A stretch of DNA of 64,000 bases from an uncultured Rikenellaceae bacterium (GCA_964397135.1 CAYNHM010000023.1:1323-65322); one strand, 5' to 3'; shown: positions 1 through 10,258, counted from the first letter of the stretch. The notes: generated by a model not told the origin, from the letters alone. Translations and numbers: made by a program.

Positions 1-428
1 TTGGATGTTCTCCGAATAACTCCATAGGAATTAAACTTGATTTCTTTTTTGATGAAATTAACAAAACAGTCATATCAGAATGGGTACCAAACTCAAACCT
101 TGTTGGTTACAACAACGTGTTGCACGGGGGCATCCAAGCCACGTTACTCGATGAGATTGCCAGTTGGGTAGTTTATACAGTTTTAAGAACAGGGGGGGTT
201 ACGACTCAAATGTGGGTCAGATACCGAAAGCCTGTAAATATTAATGATGGAAAAATCAGGTTGATCGCAAAATTGGTTAAACATGAAAAACGATTAGCCG
301 ACATCAAAGCTGATTTGTACAACGGAAAAGGTGAATTGAGTGCAGAAGCCACCCTGCAATATTTTATTTACCCTGAAGACATTGCTAAGGAAAAATTTGG
401 TTATCCTGGTATTGAAAATTTTTTTTAG
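1..428 (+). CDS. Hotdog-fold PaaI-type thioesterase, 5' end outside the window
   Basis: The frame is open from position 3 (GCSPNNSIGIKLDFFF...). It continues into VLHGGIQATLLDE and a C-terminal beta-sheet region typical of PaaI/YbgC-like thioesterases. The listed GTG at 117 is probably internal. Confidence 0.6.
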   Translation, partial: GCSPNNSIGIKLDFFFDEINKTVISEWVPNSNLVGYNNVLHGGIQATLLDEIASWVVYTVLRTGGVTTQMWVRYRKPVNINDGKIRLIAKLVKHEKRLADIKADLYNGKGELSAEATLQYFIYPEDIAKEKFGYPGIENFF

Positions 429-461
429 CTTATTACTGCTATGATTATTCTAACTACACTC

Positions 462-1355
462 CTATTTTTCTTTAGCTATACGATAGTAGTAATCTGCCTG
501 TTTCTTGTTATCAAAACGGGTATAAATATTTCCCAGATAAATAGCAAACCGAGGGTCTGGATTATACTTATATAGCCTCTCAAGGTAATCGCGTGAGGTT
601 CTGAAATTGGTATTTATCTCCTCGAGGGCATCAAGTAATTGTTTATACTGACGGTTAGTCCTATTGTCTTCGTATGCTTTCATTTCATTTTGATATCGTT
701 CTTCAGCTGTTCGGTAGTAATATAGTGCAAGGACCTCAAGAGCATTTGTATTATTACGATCCAAATTAAGTAGCTGATAAGCCAACTTATTCACCTTATC
801 CTCTTTTCCCAGCCCTCCATTAACCTTCATGTACTCAGATAACATTCTAACTTCAGAATGGTACTTAATATCTAGCGATGACCATAGTTTATCTGCTTTT
901 TCCCAGTTGGAACTTTTAGCATACGCTAAAAATAGTTGTGCATGAACCTGTGTCAATTCTTCTCCTTTGGGATACTTTTCAACGTAATCCTCAAGGTTGT
1001 TTATTTCTCTTGAGAGGTTATCAATCTCTAGGTATGCCTTTGCTAAGGTTGAATAGGTTTTAGCATTAGCAGCCGAAGTTTGCTTTGCCTTTTCGAGATA
1101 ATCAATGGTTTTAGTAGTTTTTTTAACTTCCCAGGCTGCAAGACCTGCATTCTGATAAATATTACCTTCAACCTCTTTATTTTTTTCAGTTTTGATTTTG
1201 ATAATTTCATCATAAGCAATTATCGCAGCTTCAAAATCATATGCTTGATAAGCAGATTGTGCGTCAAGATTTAACTGTTTTAACTGCTTATTTACAGAAC
1301 ATGAAAAAATCGAAATGGAAAATAAAACAACTAAAGAAAATCGAAATAATTTCAT
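462..1355 (-). CDS. TPR-like repeat lipoprotein, function unknown
   Basis: N-terminal signal with lipobox (LFSISIFSC). The rest is helical-repeat sequence rich in A/Y/L with TPR-like periodicity. Confidence 0.5.
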   Translation of the reverse strand: MKLFRFSLVVLFSISIFSCSVNKQLKQLNLDAQSAYQAYDFEAAIIAYDEIIKIKTEKNKEVEGNIYQNAGLAAWEVKKTTKTIDYLEKAKQTSAANAKTYSTLAKAYLEIDNLSREINNLEDYVEKYPKGEELTQVHAQLFLAYAKSSNWEKADKLWSSLDIKYHSEVRMLSEYMKVNGGLGKEDKVNKLAYQLLNLDRNNTNALEVLALYYYRTAEERYQNEMKAYEDNRTNRQYKQLLDALEEINTNFRTSRDYLERLYKYNPDPRFAIYLGNIYTRFDNKKQADYYYRIAKEK

Positions 1356-1436
1356 TTGAAATATTAGATAAAATGAGCTGCAAAGGTAAAAAAGTTTTAC
1401 TTTTTATTGATTTTTAAGGTATCAATCAGCTAAATC

Positions 1437-2072
1437 TCATTTTTTTGAATTCTTTAAATACTCTCTAAACAACTTCTCCAGCTTATCAATTTTAGGCGAT
1501 ATAACCATTTGACAGTATAGCTGATTCTTGTTATTGGCAAAATAATTCTGATGGTAATCTTCAGCAATGTAAAATGGTGTAATGGGTGATATTTCTGTTA
1601 TTATGGGATCCTTCCATAATGCTGCCTTGCCAAGCATATCTTTTACTTCATTGGCAACTCTCATCTGCTCATCAGAATGATAAAATATTACCGAACGATA
1701 CTGAGTTCCCACATCTGCACCCTGACGATTAAGGGTTGTAGGGTTATGGGTTTTAAAAAATACTTCAAGTATTTTAGCATAACTTATAACCTTTGGATCA
1801 AAGGTAATTTGAACCACCTCTGCATGTCCTGTCAAACCAGAAGTTACTTCACGATATGTGGGATTAGGTATCTTTCCACCTGAATACCCCGATTGAACCT
1901 TTTCAACCCCATTCAACCTGAGAAATACAGCTTCAACACACCAAAAACAACCAGCTCCAAGGGTGGCAATCTCAAAATTGTTATTTATCATTTTACTTTG
2001 CCCTTTTACACTACTATTAACAAAAACTATTAAAATTGAAAACAATAAAAGAAAAATAACCTTACTGTTCAT
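1437..2072 (-). CDS. msrA: Peptide-methionine (S)-S-oxide reductase MsrA, secreted form
   Basis: GCFWC active-site motif, [12 protein letters not shown] and YHQNYF blocks, and a cleavable N-terminal signal peptide. Confidence 0.9.
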   Translation of the reverse strand: MNSKVIFLLLFSILIVFVNSSVKGQSKMINNNFEIATLGAGCFWCVEAVFLRLNGVEKVQSGYSGGKIPNPTYREVTSGLTGHAEVVQITFDPKVISYAKILEVFFKTHNPTTLNRQGADVGTQYRSVIFYHSDEQMRVANEVKDMLGKAALWKDPIITEISPITPFYIAEDYHQNYFANNKNQLYCQMVISPKIDKLEKLFREYLKNSKK

Positions 2073-2186
2073 ATTTTTCTTTTTAAAACAAATATGTGAT
2101 GCTGAATGTTCGGTTTGATCTCTTTAAAAACAAACTAGGGATGGCTAGCCTTCAATAATCTGTATTGAATTTTATAATTATTAATT

Positions 2187-4223
2187 TCAGGATTTTGATT
2201 TAACTATTTGTTGTTTAAGTTGTTCTATTTCTGATTCATAAGCTTTCTTCAATGCATCCTCCCTTTGTTTTTGCTCTTCGGCTTTCCTACCCATTTCCTC
2301 CTGTGTTGCTTGCAATTCTTCCATGTTCTGACGCATTTCCTCTTCCTGTGCCTTCATTTCTTCGGCTTGCTGCTGCGATTGTTCAAGCAGCAATCGTGTT
2401 TTTGTGTTAATCTTAACAGATAGAATTGATGAAGCAATACTCTCTGAAATTTTCTCTAAAAGTTCTACCTCATGTCCTTCCATCTTATTAAAGGAAGCCA
2501 TTTCGAGAACACCTACCACGGATTCATCATGTTTCAAGGGTACTAAAACCACATAGCGAGGGGTGGCTTTACCCAAACCGGAAGTTATAAACACATAATC
2601 TTCAGGGATTTCAGTTAACTGAATGGTTTCCTTTTCCATTGCACAGGCACCAACCAAACCCTCACCCAACTCCACCCTCTTGTTTACAAACTTCTTACGA
2701 TCCCATGCAAAGGCAGCCAAAAACTGAAAATACAAATCATTTTTATCTTCATCATTGAGAATAAACATTCCTGCTTGGTTTGTTCTGAAGTACTTAACAA
2801 GATTTCTAACAATCTCGTCGGCTAGATTCTGTATGCTATCGCTATTCTGCCTTAGAATATCTGAGAAAAGAGCAAACCCTTCATTTGACCATGCTCTTTT
2901 AGCATCCTCAACTTTTCTTTTTTCCTCTTCCTCCCTTGAATGCTTTAGGCTATCGCGCATGTCTAATAGGGATTTTCCAAGGATATCTTGGTCGCTAAGC
3001 AAATCCAATTTGCTGGTTAGCCTTTCGTTTCCAATATCTAGGGCAAATGACGTTTTATGATTTAATCCCTCAATTGTAGTATTCAATGCTTTAGCCATTT
3101 CCTCTACTTCATCACCTGTATCAATATCAAGGGATAGTTTACTAGATATCTCTCCCATAGCCATTCTCTTAAGTGAATCTGTTATCTTTACGATGGGACG
3201 AGTTAAGTTATCAGAAATGAATACTAAGATTATAAAAATTAAAATCAGTCCAAAAATTCCAACACCCAATGATATGAATAAAGTTCGATTTGCATCAGCC
3301 ATAACTTCTCTTTGCGGTATAGAAAGAACCAATGACCAATAAGAACTAACCCCTTCCACATGAATAGGAGTAAAGGTTATTGTGTGAGTTTCACCTTCAA
3401 AATCACGGTTGAATTCAAAGTTCTCTCCCTTTTTAATGCGCTGAATAATATTATAGGTCTTAACCTCACTAGATAAAATATCAGATATATTTTTAAAAAT
3501 CAACGATCCGTCTGGATGACCAGCAATTACACCATCATTAGATATTAAAAATGCATATCCCCCCTCAACAAGATCAACTTCTTTTACAAGTTCTTGTAGA
3601 TAGGTTAATTCAACATCTACCCCAATGAGGCCCATAAATTTTCCATCGATTTTTATTGGCGATGCAATGGTTGTCATCAACCTAGCTTCCCTAACATTAT
3701 CTTGAACCTGATCAAGGTATGGTTCCCATATATCATCTGCATTCTTTTTCTTAAATTGACCATACCTTTCTGGGTCACCATCGATGCTCCTTTCTTCTAT
3801 GGCTTTAGTATATTCTTGACCATCCCTTAATACATACATCAAAATTCGGCCAAAGTCTTTTGCATAACCTGGAATATAGCCATAGTATTCCCAACTATCC
3901 CATATAATGTAAACATGAGGATTTGACTTTAAAACAGGCAAATACATATTCATGAAAAGCTCTTGCCATAGTTTTGGTGATAAGTTTTGGTATACTGAAA
4001 AAGCTTGTGAAAGAGTTCTGGTTATTGTAAGATTCTTCTCAAAAAAACGCTGAATTTCACCTGCAGAATTATGGGCTATAAGCAATGATTTTTCTTTTGT
4101 TTCTTTTAAAATTGTTTGACGAGAATTGAAAACGATATACCCTAAGGTGATAATATAGAATACTGTGAAAAGAGATAAAATGTAAAAAAGAATCTTTTGG
4201 CGAATCTTAAGTTTAACTTTCAT
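2187..4223 (-). CDS. Membrane sensor with a Cache-like periplasmic domain, HAMP, GAF and a C-terminal coiled coil; no recognisable output domain
   Basis: Two TM helices flank a ~280-aa extracytoplasmic domain. These are followed by a HAMP-like segment (RPIVKITDSLKRMAMGE...), a GAF-like block (GLVGACAMEKETIQL...VLVPLKHDESVVGVLEMASF) and a Q/E-rich heptad tail. Confidence 0.7.
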   Translation of the reverse strand: MKVKLKIRQKILFYILSLFTVFYIITLGYIVFNSRQTILKETKEKSLLIAHNSAGEIQRFFEKNLTITRTLSQAFSVYQNLSPKLWQELFMNMYLPVLKSNPHVYIIWDSWEYYGYIPGYAKDFGRILMYVLRDGQEYTKAIEERSIDGDPERYGQFKKKNADDIWEPYLDQVQDNVREARLMTTIASPIKIDGKFMGLIGVDVELTYLQELVKEVDLVEGGYAFLISNDGVIAGHPDGSLIFKNISDILSSEVKTYNIIQRIKKGENFEFNRDFEGETHTITFTPIHVEGVSSYWSLVLSIPQREVMADANRTLFISLGVGIFGLILIFIILVFISDNLTRPIVKITDSLKRMAMGEISSKLSLDIDTGDEVEEMAKALNTTIEGLNHKTSFALDIGNERLTSKLDLLSDQDILGKSLLDMRDSLKHSREEEEKRKVEDAKRAWSNEGFALFSDILRQNSDSIQNLADEIVRNLVKYFRTNQAGMFILNDEDKNDLYFQFLAAFAWDRKKFVNKRVELGEGLVGACAMEKETIQLTEIPEDYVFITSGLGKATPRYVVLVPLKHDESVVGVLEMASFNKMEGHEVELLEKISESIASSILSVKINTKTRLLLEQSQQQAEEMKAQEEEMRQNMEELQATQEEMGRKAEEQKQREDALKKAYESEIEQLKQQIVKSKS

Positions 4224-4340
4224 GGCAATAAGAGTTATTTTTAGCTAAAATAATGTTTTTTTTGTTTGCATGTAATCTTACCATTGTTATTCAACTCTTC
4301 ACTATAAATATATTATAATATCAACCTATTAAAATTGACA

Positions 4341-5756
4341 CTAATCGAAAAAAGCAGGATTAAAATTTACCAGATACACCTTTTCTGATGCACGGGTTAA
4401 AGCTGTATACAACCATCTTAGATATTCGCGATTAATCATATCCTCCCTGAAGAAACCCTGATCAATGTATACTTCTTTCCACTGACCACCCTGAGCTTTG
4501 TGGCATGTTACTGCATAGGCAAACTTAACCTGTAGAGCATTAAAATGAACATCATTGTTAATTTTGCTAATTCTTGTCTTCCTGTTTTGAATATATGCAT
4601 AATCCTCAGAAACACTATTATAAAGTTCCTTTGATTTCTCAACAGGCAATGATGGTCCATCAATTTCAAGTGTGTCAAGTAGAATGGTAAGGTTTAATTC
4701 CTGCTGTTGGTAATCGATAAGACGAACAGCAACATCAGCAAATCTGAAACCGTAAAGTTCCTTAACCTTAAAAATTCTTATTACTTCAACTATATCGCCA
4801 TTGGCTATGAAACTAACCTCCGGAATATTCTCAACCCAGAAGTAGTTGTTCTTAACTACCATAAGAAAATCACCTGAAGATAATTCTTCTTCCCGCCAAA
4901 GTATTCTATTCCTGATCCCCTGATTGTACTTATTTGCTCTTTTATTAGAATAGTTTACTACTACAGTATCCACAGAACCAACCCTTGAATAACTAGATTC
5001 TAGACTCTCTAAGAAATCTACGCCTTCTATTTTAACTATATCATTAAAGCCTTCGATTTGAAATTTAGGGATTTTAATATTATCCGATTCCAGCATTTCA
5101 CGTATTTTTGTTGCATTGAAGAGTATTCCAGAGTCTTTTGCTTGCCTTACAACCTCTGCAAGTGTAATCTCTACTACTTCTAGGCCAAAGGTTTGTAGTA
5201 CTGATTTGTCGAGTGCTGGACTTATAGCTAGTTTAACTGGAGGAAGCTGTGCTAGATCTCCTACTAGCATTAATTTACACCCATCTCCACTGGAAACATA
5301 TTGTATTAGATCGTTAAGTAAGCGACCAGAACCAAAAGTTGAATCATCCGTGGAATTATTACTTATCATTGATGCTTCGTCTACAATGAAAACAGTATTT
5401 TTTAAAGTATTTCTATTTAATACAAACTTGCCAAACCCATCCTTCTGCGATTGTTTTCGGTATATCCACTTATGGATTGTATAAGCTGGATAACCTGAAT
5501 ATGAAGTCAGAACCTTGGCTGCTCTTCCAGTGGGTGCAAGTAAAACAACTTTTATCTTTGCAATAACAAGACTTCTGACACATGCAGAAATAAGAGTTGT
5601 TTTTCCTGTTCCAGCATACCCTTTTAAAAGAAAGCAGTAAGAATAATTTTTGCTTACAAAAAAATCAGAAAGGAGATCCGATGTAACCTCTTGACTGCTT
5701 GTTAAATCGAATCCTAAATTCTTAATTATTTGATTCCTTATGCTGTTTTTTTGCAT
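4341..5756 (-). CDS. RecD-like SF1 DNA helicase (AAA_30 / UvrD_C_2 type)
   Basis: Walker A GYAGTGKTT, Walker B IVDEASM, LVGDLAQLPPV, and the C-terminal YAVTCHKAQGGQW motif. Confidence 0.75.
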   Translation of the reverse strand: MQKNSIRNQIIKNLGFDLTSSQEVTSDLLSDFFVSKNYSYCFLLKGYAGTGKTTLISACVRSLVIAKIKVVLLAPTGRAAKVLTSYSGYPAYTIHKWIYRKQSQKDGFGKFVLNRNTLKNTVFIVDEASMISNNSTDDSTFGSGRLLNDLIQYVSSGDGCKLMLVGDLAQLPPVKLAISPALDKSVLQTFGLEVVEITLAEVVRQAKDSGILFNATKIREMLESDNIKIPKFQIEGFNDIVKIEGVDFLESLESSYSRVGSVDTVVVNYSNKRANKYNQGIRNRILWREEELSSGDFLMVVKNNYFWVENIPEVSFIANGDIVEVIRIFKVKELYGFRFADVAVRLIDYQQQELNLTILLDTLEIDGPSLPVEKSKELYNSVSEDYAYIQNRKTRISKINNDVHFNALQVKFAYAVTCHKAQGGQWKEVYIDQGFFREDMINREYLRWLYTALTRASEKVYLVNFNPAFFD

Positions 5757-5807
5757 AGAATTGTGGAATTATATCAATGTGTTATTTAAATATTAATTAT
5801 ATGTTTT

Positions 5808-5815
5808 TAAATTTG
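5808..5815 (+). promoter_or_regulatory. Candidate Bacteroidota -7 promoter box (TAAATTTG)
   Basis: Exact match to TAnnTTTG, 29 nt upstream of the ATG at 5844, in the divergent intergenic region. Confidence 0.35.
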
Positions 5816-5843
5816 CACACAAACTTAAACTAAATTGAGTAAA

Positions 5844-6446
5844 ATGAAAACCGTTTATCAAATTCTACTTTTTGTTGCCATAATTGTTTTATCATACTTT
5901 GTTTATGAAAGTATTATGAATCCTATCCGTTTCAACAGAGAAAAGGATAAAAGGTATGCAAAAACTATTGAACGTTTAAAAGATATCCGAACTGCTCAAT
6001 TGGCTTACCGTGTAGAAAACGAAAAATTTACTGGTAGTTTCGACACTCTTATCAATTTTGTTAAATATGACTCCTTTAGGGTTGTTAAGCAAATAGGCTC
6101 ATTGGATGACTCAATTGCCGTTGCCAAGGGATTGGTTTATCGAGATACTATAATGTTAAGCGTTTTAGACAGCATCTTCAAAAAAGGTTATCCAGTTGAT
6201 TCATTAAGATATGTTCCTTTTGCAGGAAACTCGCAATTTGAAATTGCCGCTGGACAACTTGAAACAGGTTCCGGATTAAAAGTTCAAGTTTTTGAAGCTA
6301 AAGTACATAACGATGTACTTCTAAAAGGATTAGATCGTCAGCTTGTTGTTAATGAAAATGACCTTAGAAAGAAACTAGAGCGTTATCCTGGTCTTCAAGT
6401 CGGATCGCTTACTGAGTTCACCAACCATGCAGGAAACTGGGAATAG
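5844..6446 (+). CDS. Hypothetical N-terminally membrane-anchored protein
   Basis: Long ORF with one N-terminal TM helix. I prefer the ATG at 5844 over the TTG at 5835. No family recognised. Confidence 0.5.
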   Translation: MKTVYQILLFVAIIVLSYFVYESIMNPIRFNREKDKRYAKTIERLKDIRTAQLAYRVENEKFTGSFDTLINFVKYDSFRVVKQIGSLDDSIAVAKGLVYRDTIMLSVLDSIFKKGYPVDSLRYVPFAGNSQFEIAAGQLETGSGLKVQVFEAKVHNDVLLKGLDRQLVVNENDLRKKLERYPGLQVGSLTEFTNHAGNWE

Positions 6447-6461
6447 GTTGAAAGTATAATA

Positions 6462-7313
6462 ATGATGCAGAAGTTTGAGCTTTTTGACGAAACCTTTGAT
6501 CCTGACCGTACTGAATCATATGAACTATCCATTCAGGTATCCCTGAATGGATTTTCATTTTGCATCAAGGACGTAACACGAAAGCAATACATTGGCTTGG
6601 TTTCATTCCCATTCGGTTTAGCAATTAAATATTCTGAAGATTGGCCAAACTACGTGAAGCAAGTCTTAACAACTTTTCCTTGGTTATCGAATAGCTTCAA
6701 AAGAGTTCTCTTCTGTTACGAATCACCTTCCTGTACTATCGTTCCAAAAGATTTTTTTGAACCCCAAAAAGCAAAACAATTCCTAAATACCATTCACTCT
6801 ATTGACCCTTTGGATGAAATATGGTATAATAATCTTCAGAACGAATTGGTTAGTATTTTCAATATTCCCTCTACCCTAGTAAGCTATTGGTTGACAATCC
6901 AGAAAAAAACAAGATTTATTGGCTTTTGCGATCCTGCATTATGCTACCATCGACTTTCAACTTCACATCAATCGTTTCCGATGATAACCCTATCGTTATC
7001 TGAAAAATTTTCTGTAGTAATAATTTCAAAATCATCAAGGTTATTGCACTGCGGTAGCGTTGAAGCTCAAGTTCCAGAGGATATTGTATACCATTTATTG
7101 AATATTTGTCAAAAGCTCAAGCTGGCTACTGGTGATATATCAGTAAAACTTCTAGGAAATGTATACGAAGAGGAACGACTTGAATCACTAATCGATCGCT
7201 TTTTCAAATCGGTAAAGCAAGCATCAACCATTGAACAAAATTATTTTAGCTACTTGTTAAGTAAGCATAAGGTAAAATTTGCCAATCTGTTCAACCAATC
7301 CCTATGCGAATAG
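6462..7313 (+). CDS. DUF3822-family protein
   Basis: The N-terminal YELSIQVSLNGFSFCI block is typical of the Bacteroidota DUF3822 family. The gene sits upstream of rsmD, as it commonly does. Confidence 0.6.
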   Translation: MMQKFELFDETFDPDRTESYELSIQVSLNGFSFCIKDVTRKQYIGLVSFPFGLAIKYSEDWPNYVKQVLTTFPWLSNSFKRVLFCYESPSCTIVPKDFFEPQKAKQFLNTIHSIDPLDEIWYNNLQNELVSIFNIPSTLVSYWLTIQKKTRFIGFCDPALCYHRLSTSHQSFPMITLSLSEKFSVVIISKSSRLLHCGSVEAQVPEDIVYHLLNICQKLKLATGDISVKLLGNVYEEERLESLIDRFFKSVKQASTIEQNYFSYLLSKHKVKFANLFNQSLCE

Positions 7314-7846
7314 TTAGTGGTATTTACAAGGGAAAGATATTTACGCCTCCTAAGAAGAAATTTTCTGCACGCCCCACAACCGATATAGCAAAAGAGGGGT
7401 TATTTAACATTATCAATAACTATTTTAATTTTGAAGATATCTCTGTACTTGATCTTTTTGCAGGGACAGGTAGTATTAGCTTTGAATTCGCTTCAAGAGG
7501 ATGCACAAACATTCATCTTGTTGAAAATAACCCTCAACATCTTTTCTTCATCCGAAAAGTTATTTCCGAACTTAACCTAAAAAACATCGTTTCGATTAGG
7601 CAAAATGCCTTCACATTTTTAGAAAAGTGTTATTCCAACTATAACATTATCTTCGCTGACCCTCCTTATGATACAAAAGGTATCGAGAAAATCCCTGAAT
7701 TAGTCTTTAAAAATTCATTACTTAAGCAGAGTGGATGGTTAATTCTTGAACATTCAAAAAAAATCAACCTATCAAAATATCCTTATTTTGAATCTGTTAG
7801 GAATTACGGAAATGTTCATTTTAGCTTTTTTATTAACAAAGAATAA
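7304..7846 (+). CDS. rsmD: 16S rRNA (guanine966-N2)-methyltransferase RsmD
   Basis: RPTTD, LDLFAGTGS SAM-binding motif and the DPPY catalytic motif. Overlaps the upstream gene by 10 nt. Confidence 0.85.
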   Translation: MRIVSGIYKGKIFTPPKKKFSARPTTDIAKEGLFNIINNYFNFEDISVLDLFAGTGSISFEFASRGCTNIHLVENNPQHLFFIRKVISELNLKNIVSIRQNAFTFLEKCYSNYNIIFADPPYDTKGIEKIPELVFKNSLLKQSGWLILEHSKKINLSKYPYFESVRNYGNVHFSFFINKE

Positions 7847-7884
7847 TTTTTTGTCAAAAATATTGCAGATATTATTTGAAGGTG

Positions 7885-7892
7885 TATCTTTG
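7885..7892 (+). promoter_or_regulatory. Candidate -7 promoter box (TATCTTTG) for tRNA-Asp
   Basis: Exact TAnnTTTG match 33 nt upstream of the tRNA 5' end. Confidence 0.35.
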
Positions 7893-7924
7893 CAGCGTTA
7901 AAAAAAAGCGTTCAAAATAGTTTT

Positions 7925-7998
7925 GGTCCGGTAGTTCAGTTGGTTAGAATACGTGCCTGTCACGCACGGGGTCGCGAGTTCGAGTCTCGTCCGGACCG
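7925..7998 (+). tRNA. tRNA-Asp (anticodon GTC)
   Basis: Acceptor stem GGTCCGG/CCGGACC, D-arm AGTTCAGTTGGTTAGAAT, anticodon stem-loop CGTGC-CTGTCAC-GCACG and T-arm GCGAGTTCGAGTCTCGT. CCA is not encoded. Confidence 0.95.
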
Positions 7999-8003
7999 CA
8001 AGT

Positions 8004-8036
8004 AAAAAAAGCCCTTAATTATTAAGGGCTTTTTTT
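8004..8036. terminator. Bidirectional intrinsic terminator
   Basis: A7, the perfect palindrome GCCCTTAAT-T-ATTAAGGGC, then T7. Lies between tRNA-Asp (+) and trkH (-). Confidence 0.7.
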
Positions 8037-8049
8037 GTTGATATTTCTT

Positions 8050-9489
8050 TTACCTCCACGATCTGATAAAGAAAAGAAGCATCAAACCAAAAATCTCCAA
8101 GCGACCAAGAAGCATATTAATTGTAAGCAACACCTTACCTAAGTCTGGAATTATTGCATAGTTAGATGCAGAACCTACTTCCCCAAAGCCAGGACCAACA
8201 GTACTTATTGTTGCAGCTGAAGCTGAAAACGCTGTCATTAAATCCACTCCCATTGCAGTGATAAGTAATCCATTTACAAATAGAATTAGAATGTATAATA
8301 CGATAAAAAGAAGTACAGAATCAATAGTTTCTTCATCTACAGAATTACCATCTATTCTAACAGGTATAACAGCTTGTGGATGTTGCAACTTAAGAACCTG
8401 ACGTCTTAAACTTTTAAAGAAAATTACCAATCTATCAACTTTTATTCCACCGGCAGTTGAGCCAGCACATGCACATTGAAATGAAAAGTAAATTAAAACC
8501 ATTATTGATAATGGAGGCCAAAGAGTAGTATCAGCAGTGCCATAACCTGTGGTAGTTGAGATTGAGACAACTTGAAATGCAGAATATCTTAGGGCTTCGC
8601 CCCATGTTTCGTAGTTATCTCCTTTAGTGCTAATGGTAACTATAATTACTCCAACAAGCATCATAAAAAAATAAAACCTTAAAACTGAAGACTTATACCA
8701 TTTAACATCTTTAAAAGTGAAAACGGTGTATAGAACCCCAAAATGCATTCCTGCTAAAAACATAAAAACAATGATTATCAACTCAATGGCAACACTATCA
8801 TAATAACCTATGCTTGCATTTTTGGGTGAAAATCCCCCAGTAGCCACAGTTCCAAAGGTATGGGTTACCGCATCGAATAGGTTCATTCCAAATAAATAAA
8901 GCAGTACTGTCTCAACTATGGTTAATCCGAGGTAAACCATAACAACCACACGCAATGTCTTATTGGTTTTATAGTGAAAATTAGTTTTTGCTAAAGGCGA
9001 CATTTCCAACCTTGACAAGGACATACGTGTTTTTCCTAAAGCTGGAATTATAACCAATACGAATAGAATTATTCCTATTCCACCTAACCAATGAGTAGAT
9101 GAACGCCAAAATAATAGCCCTTTGGGAAGTGCTTCTATATCGTTTAAAATTGTGGATCCTGTGGTTGTGAAACCTGCTACACTTTCGAACCACGAGTTAA
9201 CAACAGTAAATTCACCTCCCCAAATTAGGTAAGGTAACATACCAAACAAGCACACAATCAACCAGCTAAAAACAAGAATTACATAGCCTTCTTTATTCGT
9301 AAGATTATCTGAAGGAGGTACAAAAATAATTGGAAAAAAACCAACTAAAGCAGTTAGAATACTGCTTAAAAGCAAAGGAATCATAGCCGAATCAGCATTA
9401 TATGCCGAAATCAAAAAAGCTATAAACATAAATGCAGAATTCAACAGAAGAACTAGCCCAATATATCTTATAATTATAGTTAAACGCAT
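8050..9489 (-). CDS. trkH: TrkH/KtrB-family potassium uptake membrane protein
   Basis: Polytopic membrane protein with repeated pore-loop motifs (TTTGS, ATGGFS, TTTGYG, STVGPG) characteristic of the Trk/Ktr/HKT family. Confidence 0.85.
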   Translation of the reverse strand: MRLTIIIRYIGLVLLLNSAFMFIAFLISAYNADSAMIPLLLSSILTALVGFFPIIFVPPSDNLTNKEGYVILVFSWLIVCLFGMLPYLIWGGEFTVVNSWFESVAGFTTTGSTILNDIEALPKGLLFWRSSTHWLGGIGIILFVLVIIPALGKTRMSLSRLEMSPLAKTNFHYKTNKTLRVVVMVYLGLTIVETVLLYLFGMNLFDAVTHTFGTVATGGFSPKNASIGYYDSVAIELIIIVFMFLAGMHFGVLYTVFTFKDVKWYKSSVLRFYFFMMLVGVIIVTISTKGDNYETWGEALRYSAFQVVSISTTTGYGTADTTLWPPLSIMVLIYFSFQCACAGSTAGGIKVDRLVIFFKSLRRQVLKLQHPQAVIPVRIDGNSVDEETIDSVLLFIVLYILILFVNGLLITAMGVDLMTAFSASAATISTVGPGFGEVGSASNYAIIPDLGKVLLTINMLLGRLEIFGLMLLFFIRSWR

Positions 9490-9496
9490 AGTTTGG

Positions 9497-10258
9497 TTAT
9501 TCGGTCTTGCGATTACTTGTTCTACAAATAGCTATTAAATTTGTAATCGACTCCTTTAATTTCCAAAGTTCGTCTCTAGTTTCCAAAGGAATACCAAAAG
9601 GTTTATTGTACTTAACATAATCATTAATCCCTTTTGTAAGCCTAATAATTGGTGAAACAAAATAATGGTTAATTAAATAGGTAAATATAAATGTAAATAA
9701 TAAAGATGTTAGAATAACTATTAGTCCGGGCATTAAAGCTCTTTGAGCACTTGCTTCATGAAATGCTGCAGATTCGTAAAGCTCTTTTTGATTTAACACC
9801 ATCAATTGTTTTATAAATTCTTTGGTAGCAAGAGCATGAGGATAAATATGCTCGATATAATCTTCTGTTAAATAAAGTTTTCCTCTAAATACCTGATCTG
9901 AAACATCTTTAAAAAAACGATAGTGATATGAAATTGAATCTATTATCTCTTTTTCATTTTTAAAGGTGAGATTAGTCTTTGCGCTGTCAAGATTTAATTC
10001 AAAATGTTTTGCAATACCTTTATAGGAATCTTCATAGCTTGAACTCTTGGTTCCTATGAAAAAAAGAATGATTTTTTCCTGTTTTTCAATTGCATCAAGC
10101 ATTTGTTTTGAGTAATCAATACTTCTATAGCTATCATTAATCATCATTTTAACTGCTCTGCTTAACTTTGTTAGCTCAAATATTGAAATTGCTCCAGAAA
10201 TAAAGAGCATGGAGGCTAGAATAAAAAAGCCTAATAGAATTTTTACCCTTATACCCAT
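9497..10258 (-). CDS. Membrane protein with a helical-bundle periplasmic domain and a short HAMP-like tail; no output domain
   Basis: Two TM helices bracket a ~150-aa helical domain. The cytoplasmic segment (SPIIRLTKGINDY...ELWKLKESITNL) is HAMP-like. The stop codon lies 8 nt from the trkH start. Confidence 0.5.
   Translation of the reverse strand: MGIRVKILLGFFILASMLFISGAISIFELTKLSRAVKMMINDSYRSIDYSKQMLDAIEKQEKIILFFIGTKSSSYEDSYKGIAKHFELNLDSAKTNLTFKNEKEIIDSISYHYRFFKDVSDQVFRGKLYLTEDYIEHIYPHALATKEFIKQLMVLNQKELYESAAFHEASAQRALMPGLIVILTSLLFTFIFTYLINHYFVSPIIRLTKGINDYVKYNKPFGIPLETRDELWKLKESITNLIAICRTSNRKTE

Noticed and set aside
7925-8049. tRNA-Asp as a possible integration hotspot for a genomic island
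   Set aside because: There is no integrase, no direct repeat of the tRNA 3' end and no compositional break visible downstream. The next gene is core trkH, behind a clean terminator.
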